DNA from: Cladosporium halotolerans | Taxonomy: Eukaryota | Assembly: GCF_011745625.1 (NCBI RefSeq) | Contig: NW_027191481.1 | Location: 1 to 64,000, forward strand | Length of the DNA: 64,000 nt | Reading direction: 5' to 3' | In this document: positions 58,391-64,000 of the stretch, piece after piece | Layout: the number at the start of each line of letters is the position of its first letter | How positions within the stretch are numbered: position 1 is the first letter of the stretch | Made by a program: the position numbers and the translations under genes | Notes under the pieces: model-generated | Seen by the model: only the letters and a program-made list of their open reading frames with translations | Databases searched by the model: none | Told to the model about the DNA's origin: nothing

Positions 58391-60185
58391 TCAGATGTAC
58401 TCGCGCTTGACGAGCGCCACGGGCGGGATGTACTGCTTGTGGCCGTAGATGAAGTAGTACACGACCGCGAACGTGATGATGCCGCCGAAGATGACGATCG
58501 CGTAGTTCATGTCGACGGCCGTCGGGTTCGAGACGGCTGGGAAGAACGCGAAGACGTAGATGGCGAACAAGTAGCAGAGCGCCAGGATGTTAACCAGCAT
58601 ACCCCATTTTCCGAGCGACCAGCGGGCGTGCGGCAGCGGCTGCTTGCGCAGGCGCTTGAGCAGCACGACGCCGATGACGATGATGTAGGAGGTCAGTAGG
58701 GAGACGGAGGTGAGGGCGAGGATGGCGTTGAGGGCGGCGGTGGAGCCGATATTGATGAGGGAGAGGAGCGTCGTGACGGTCAGCGAGATGAGGACGGCGT
58801 TCAGCGGGATGTTCCAGTTGGGCTGGATGCGGCCGACCCAGGATGAGCAGGGGACACCGCCGTCGCGGGCGAAAGACCAGAGCTGGCGGGACGCGGTGGC
58901 GACTTCGGCGATGGCGGCGGAGACGAGCGCGAGGATGACGATGACGACCATGACGCTGGCGCCGCCGAGGGAGCCGGTCACGTTGTAGAAGAGCTGGATG
59001 AAGGGGTAGCCGGTGGGGGTCTCGAGGAGGGTTTCGACGTCGCCGAGGCAGAAGCTGAGGGTGATGGCCATCACGAAGCCGAGGACTGCGTTGAAGCCGA
59101 AGGCCGAAAGCATGGCTCTGGGGAGGGTCGTGGAGGCATCCTTGACTTCCTCGGACATGTGGACGGCGCAGTCGAAACCGATCAGGGACAGGACGGGGGA
59201 GAGAAGGCCGACCATGAAAGCCGTGCCCTCGCTGTTCCACATGCCGCCATTGGCGAACTCGGTGAAGACTGCAGAAGCAGGAGCGGTGGGCGCAAGTACC
59301 CAGAGGACTGATTAATGTTAGCGACCCAGCGCACAAGTTGCTCTCGAATCACATGAACTCACCAATGATGATGGCAAAGAACCCAACAACGTGGAGAACG
59401 AGAAGCAGGCCCTCAACAAGAGGAAGCTTCTTAGCAAGAGCCGTGTTGAAGAAGATGGCGAATGCAGTAACTGCAATGACCAACAGAGTTCCGTGCCATG
59501 GCTGTTGTCCCTCCAACGCATACTTTTGGCTGTTCAATGCGATCAATCCCTGAATGATGGTTCCGCACAGGAAGGTAATCGACGTGATAGCGGCTTGCCA
59601 GCCAGTGAAGCAAAGCCAGCCGACGATGTACGACAGGAATCGCTGGCAGCTTGGAGGCGAGAATTCGGAAACCCAGTGGTATTGGCCTCCAGAGGTTGGT
59701 GCCCTGCGTTCGTCAGCATTGCCTTTTGAAGACTTGCAAGATATCGCGGTACTCACATCGAGGTCATCTCAGCGATGGAAAGGTACACGAAGGAGAATCC
59801 AACAAAGACAATCAAGAATGCCCAAATCACACCAGCAGTACCGCCGTTGGTCACGATGGTCGAGATGGTTGTGAGAAGCACCTCCCAGGTCGCGATCAGC
59901 GTGCAAGCAAAGCCAACCATCGATGTGAATTGGAAGTTTCTCTGTGATGTTGTTAGCAGCTGGTTCTTGGTTCCGAAATGGTATTGTCTTAAAGAAACAT
60001 ACTCGCAACTCTTGCAGTCTTCCAAGCTGTGACATCTCCCTCCTGTCCGCCTCTGTTCCTTGCCATTTCTTCTTGACAGCGCCAGGCTGCATCTCGTATG
60101 CGTCGCCGTCATCTGCATGTCGGACTGCCTCTGCAGTTTCCACCTTGTGTTGGGTCGCCCCATTGGGCACGAATGATGCCATCAT
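58391..60185 (-). CDS. APC-family amino-acid permease (GABA/choline type), multi-exon
   Basis: QELRRNFQFTSMVGF, NGGTAG, SIAEMTSMAPTSGGQYHWVSEF, GFDCAVHMSEE, ASRQLWSFARDGG and MNYAIVIFGG. Confidence 0.93.
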
Positions 60186-62417
60186 TGTTGTCGGATGGGC
60201 TGTGTGATATGTGGTACACTGCTTGAACAGACAACAGTGCGCAATTGCGCAAGAGACACAAGTTGCTGGACCGGCAGCTGACGTGCGGACGAGGGATCTG
60301 CGGGTGGTTCGCGATAGGATCGTGCAGCGGGCAGAAGGAATGCGACCAGATCTAAGGAAAAGATGTACATTGAACGATGGAGTGGCCCCGGTCGCCTCGT
60401 GGCTCAGCACATGGCACTTCGGGTGGTGCTCATCACGGGTAGAACGGCGGATAGCGTGCACAGGACTGGTGAGGGGCCCGTAGGCGAGAGCTTGATGATC
60501 CCGCACCACGATGGCATGCACCCTGGGACGCCACTGCGCCCGCCGAGCCAATCGCCTGATCAAGCGGCGCACAGTCCGGGGCAGCGTGGTATCCACTATC
60601 GGTTGCGGTTGAAGCCAACCGTTCGCGATGGCGCACTCTGACGAGACGGCGACCAGGGCTCAGACCCACTTGACCCTGTGGACGACAGGGCGGAGCCTTG
60701 AAGAATTCTCGCACGGCGAGCGGATCGGTGAACGGGTTTCGAGCCGTGAAGTTTAGCATACGTGGTGGAGCCACGATTTCGAACGACCACTCGGCGCTGC
60801 TGGCGAGTGGTGGTTGGAGGGATCGACGGTCGCAGGAGTCGCTAGCAATGCTGGGACGGAGACGCGGCAGCAAAAAGAAGCTCAGTACGCGCACCCCTTC
60901 AGAATCAGCCAATGCGCAGGGTTGCGGTGCGTTGGCCTTTTCGAGATCTGTATCCGTGCGCTTCCTATAATGCCTGGTGCTTTGGCGTTCTGCCATGTGC
61001 CATGCCGGCCATGCCGTGCGGGCTTGAGTTCTGAGAAGGTTTCGCTGCAGACATCCGATCTAGTGAAAGTCTGTGGGCCTCCATCTTGCCCGCCCTGGCT
61101 TCGTAATTTCGTACCTTTCCGATTGAACCACTCACAGCTGCGCTGTTTGACCGTTCAATGTTCGAGTACCCTCCTGTGGCTTGCATTCTGAAACTCTTGC
61201 ACCGCCACCGCTGCCTTGGAGAGTTCGCGGCAGTCCTCGCAGGCACTGACTCCGCTACGCAGAGGGCGTCGTATTCCCGGCACATTCTGTGCGCCACCGG
61301 CAGTAAGGGCAGGGCGTCCCGGCGCTGTGGCACGATGGCGGTCGCCTATATGAGATGGGAGTAGTCTTAATATGACCTCACTTCGCGCGCGCGAGTCGAC
61401 GAGGCAAGTGTCCGGGCATGCGCGATTCAAAGTCGCTGAGCGTCGTCTTCGTCCGTTGGGCGGTTGGTTCGAAAGGCCGGCGATCTCTGTCTTGTCGCGG
61501 AGTCCACATCGCGTTCTCCCGACGAGACGAAGCTCCACTCTGCCGAGGCCGCCGTGGCCGCCAGCGCCAATAATGATGGCGAGGATGGGGAAGAAGCAGC
61601 AATGATCGTCGCTCTTCCACCCATCGTTCCGCAGGCTCGTGCGACGCGACTTCTATGCTCGGGCCTCGCGACGGCCCTCTGTCGGTACGTCACGGTTACA
61701 ACGCGCTTCAGGAGTCGCTTCATCGTCTAGACGTGAATGCAACCTCGAAGTTACTATCCGTTAGTCTCTTCAACATCGCAGCTGCAGGATGCCTGACGAA
61801 GCAGAAGTGCAGATGAAGCCAATGGGTCTGTGAGCATGAATGCCGGACGACGCAGGCTGATCAACATAGGGCCAGCACATGGATGCAGTATCGATGTGCA
61901 CGGCAGATGATGGCGGAAGGGCATGCTGCTGTCTGTGCCTCGAAATCGTGGCTCTCTCATCTGCCATCATCCATGCGTGCGCGTGCGCGTTCGGCATCGG
62001 GGCGTGATAAGCTGTCGGCGTGTCGGCATCTTTCTCCCTCTCGCTCGTCGCACCGAAGCTGGCTCGGCTGGCCCCACGTCAAGCCACGGCGACCTTCTAA
62101 GACTCCCTTGGTCCACAGCCTCGAAACTTACGTGCTTCGCTCTGTCCTGGTCTCGTATGTGGATCGTTTTCCACTGACTGTGCCCCTGCGAATGTAGCCT
62201 TTACCCGGTCCCAGGTTCACCAAAATCGAAATTGCACCTTCGGTAGCTTGTTGCGGAGCCCTACCGACTTCGTGGGACACGCACAGTCTGGGTGGGCATC
62301 TCTAAAGACTGGCACGGCGGATACTCGCTGGCAAGCGTCTTTGTATGCGTCCCCTTTGACAATACCTTGCTCATTGTCGCTGCCATCGCTCTTGAAGCGA
62401 TCAATTCACCGAGCAGC

Positions 62418-63729
62418 ATGGCAACACCCTCGAATACGATCCCCGATGGCCACAGAGCACCATTGATCAAGCTGGACGAGAACCACCATGGCAGCTGGCT
62501 GGTTATCTGCAGTGCTTTCGGCCTGGTCATTGTCCTCCTCACACTCATTATCCGCGTATACCTTCGATACAAGGTGTCGCCGCCTTTCGCCGCAGACGAC
62601 ATCGTTTTAACCGCGGCAACCGCTCTTTCTGTGATACAATGCTCGCTGGTTTTTGCCAGTGTTCACAGAGGCGACGGAACATCAATTGATCTGATTGCAG
62701 ACGACAATCTCGTTCCAGTCCAACAGGTCAGCCTTCTAATATCTTTCAAGCATACGGAAATACTAATGTTTATCAGCTCAATTATGCTGCCAACCTGTTC
62801 TACATCCTGGCACTATACGCTTCCAAAGCCTGCGTCGTTCTGCTTTTCAAGCGCATCTCTTCCGGCATCATGCACAAGAAAATCGCTTGGGTCGCTCTCA
62901 TTGTGACCATCACTGCCGGCTTTATCTCAATCCTCCTATGTGCCCTGCGCTGCGACCTCACCCAACCATGGATCCAATTCGGCGCACAATGTAGCTCGTT
63001 ATACGCCCAGTGGCAAGCTATCGCCGCATTCGACATCATCACTGAGGTTGGACTCTTCGCAATGGCCGTTCACCTAGTCTGGGGTCTTCAGACTGCCGTG
63101 TCAGGCAAGTTCAGAGTCGTCTTCGCCTTTGGCCTCCGTCTTCCGTACGTCCCACCAATTCCCCACCAAACCCTTTTGACACCTATCTAACTGACCACTG
63201 CAGCGTCATCGCCATCGCCGGCCTCCACCTGCACTACATCAAGAAAGAAATCAACTCCCCCAACCAACCCCTCGAAGTCGTCGCCACCATCTGCCGCCAA
63301 ACCGAGATCTTCTACGCCATCATGGCCTCCACCATTCCCTGCCTCCGGCCCTTCCTCGCCAGCTTCTTCACGGGCTTCGGCGCCATGGGCGGCGAGACCG
63401 TCATCGCCGGCTCGCAGGTCGGCGGCTCCAACTCGCGCGAGAAGAGCGCCTACGCGCTGGGCTCCATGCAGAGCGCTGACAGCGACGTGCGCCGCAGCAA
63501 GCGCCGCAGCCGCGCCGCCGGGCTGAGGCCGAGCCCCCGTCGAGACAATTTTGGGAACACGGAGCAGGGCACGTCGTACGTGTCGGCTGCTGATGGCGAT
63601 GCGAGCTCGAGTCGTGCGGCGGCGGATGCGAGTTCGGTCACGAGCAATGATAGTACGCGGATGATTATCAAGAAGGAGGTGCAGTGGCATGTTGATAGCG
63701 AGAGGGGGGATGCGGGGCGAGCTATGTAA
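62418..63729 (+). CDS. PTH11-like (fungal rhodopsin-domain) integral membrane protein, 3 exons
   Basis: Seven hydrophobic segments with LIIRVY, ADD, SKACV, C...PW...C, DIITE, FAFGLRL and TIPCLRPFL. Introns at ~62726-62776 and ~63145-63203. Confidence 0.85.
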
Positions 63730-64000
63730 GAACGGGCAGGTTATGTGGGATACGCATGAGGTATGGCTCAGAGCAGTACTCGAGCTGGGATTGGGATATT
63801 TGGGTCAGTCGCTTTCCTCCAGATTATGGAAGATCGGAGGATGGTGGCGAGGTAGTTGCATTTAGCGATGGAGCTTGGGAGTTCTTGGGACTGAGAATTG
63901 GGAATGTGTGAATACCATCTAAGGGACTGGGACGGGATCTATTTTGTTTTGATGATTTTTGGGGTTTGACATTTTCTTCTGTACATAGAATAGAAGAAGA

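Noticed and set aside
60770..61560. The same peptide SAEWSF in two short minus-strand ORFs
   Set aside because: The underlying DNA similarity is short and weak, consistent with chance.

Overview
Gene-dense eukaryotic DNA from a filamentous ascomycete. Short GT-AG introns with CTRAC branch sites and the gene content suggest a Dothideomycete (inference). About 26 mostly ordinary genes were read by eye: HFI1/ADA1, a GT31, an MFS transporter, a GH35 beta-galactosidase, an FSH1-type hydrolase, ERF2, NMA111, a GT8, a PI-PLC-X protein, a Pil1/Lsp1 protein, a Zn-ADH, RPL27, an RRT8/EI24-like protein, ADE2, RPL18, an SGNH hydrolase, IPI3, a UBX protein, SHY1, ERG4, a dienelactone hydrolase, an amino-acid permease, a PTH11-like protein and several hypothetical genes. 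The stand-out is an orphan island at about 24.55-28.1 kb. Read on the minus strand it contains a ~75-bp tandem array, a GGA-rich tract, a small hairpin/pseudoknot plus HDV-like ribozyme fold (copy A, 26857-26934), an orphan ~454-aa ORF, and a second hairpin/pseudoknot plus HDV-like fold (copy B, 25007-25086). The copies differ in sequence but keep their base pairing. If both cleave, a 1848-nt coding RNA with ligatable ends would be released; no reverse transcriptase is visible. A second oddity is a 129-bp inverted copy of ADE2 coding sequence just downstream of ADE2, between 16-bp direct repeats. No database searches were run; family calls come from recognised motifs, and ribozyme activity is untested.
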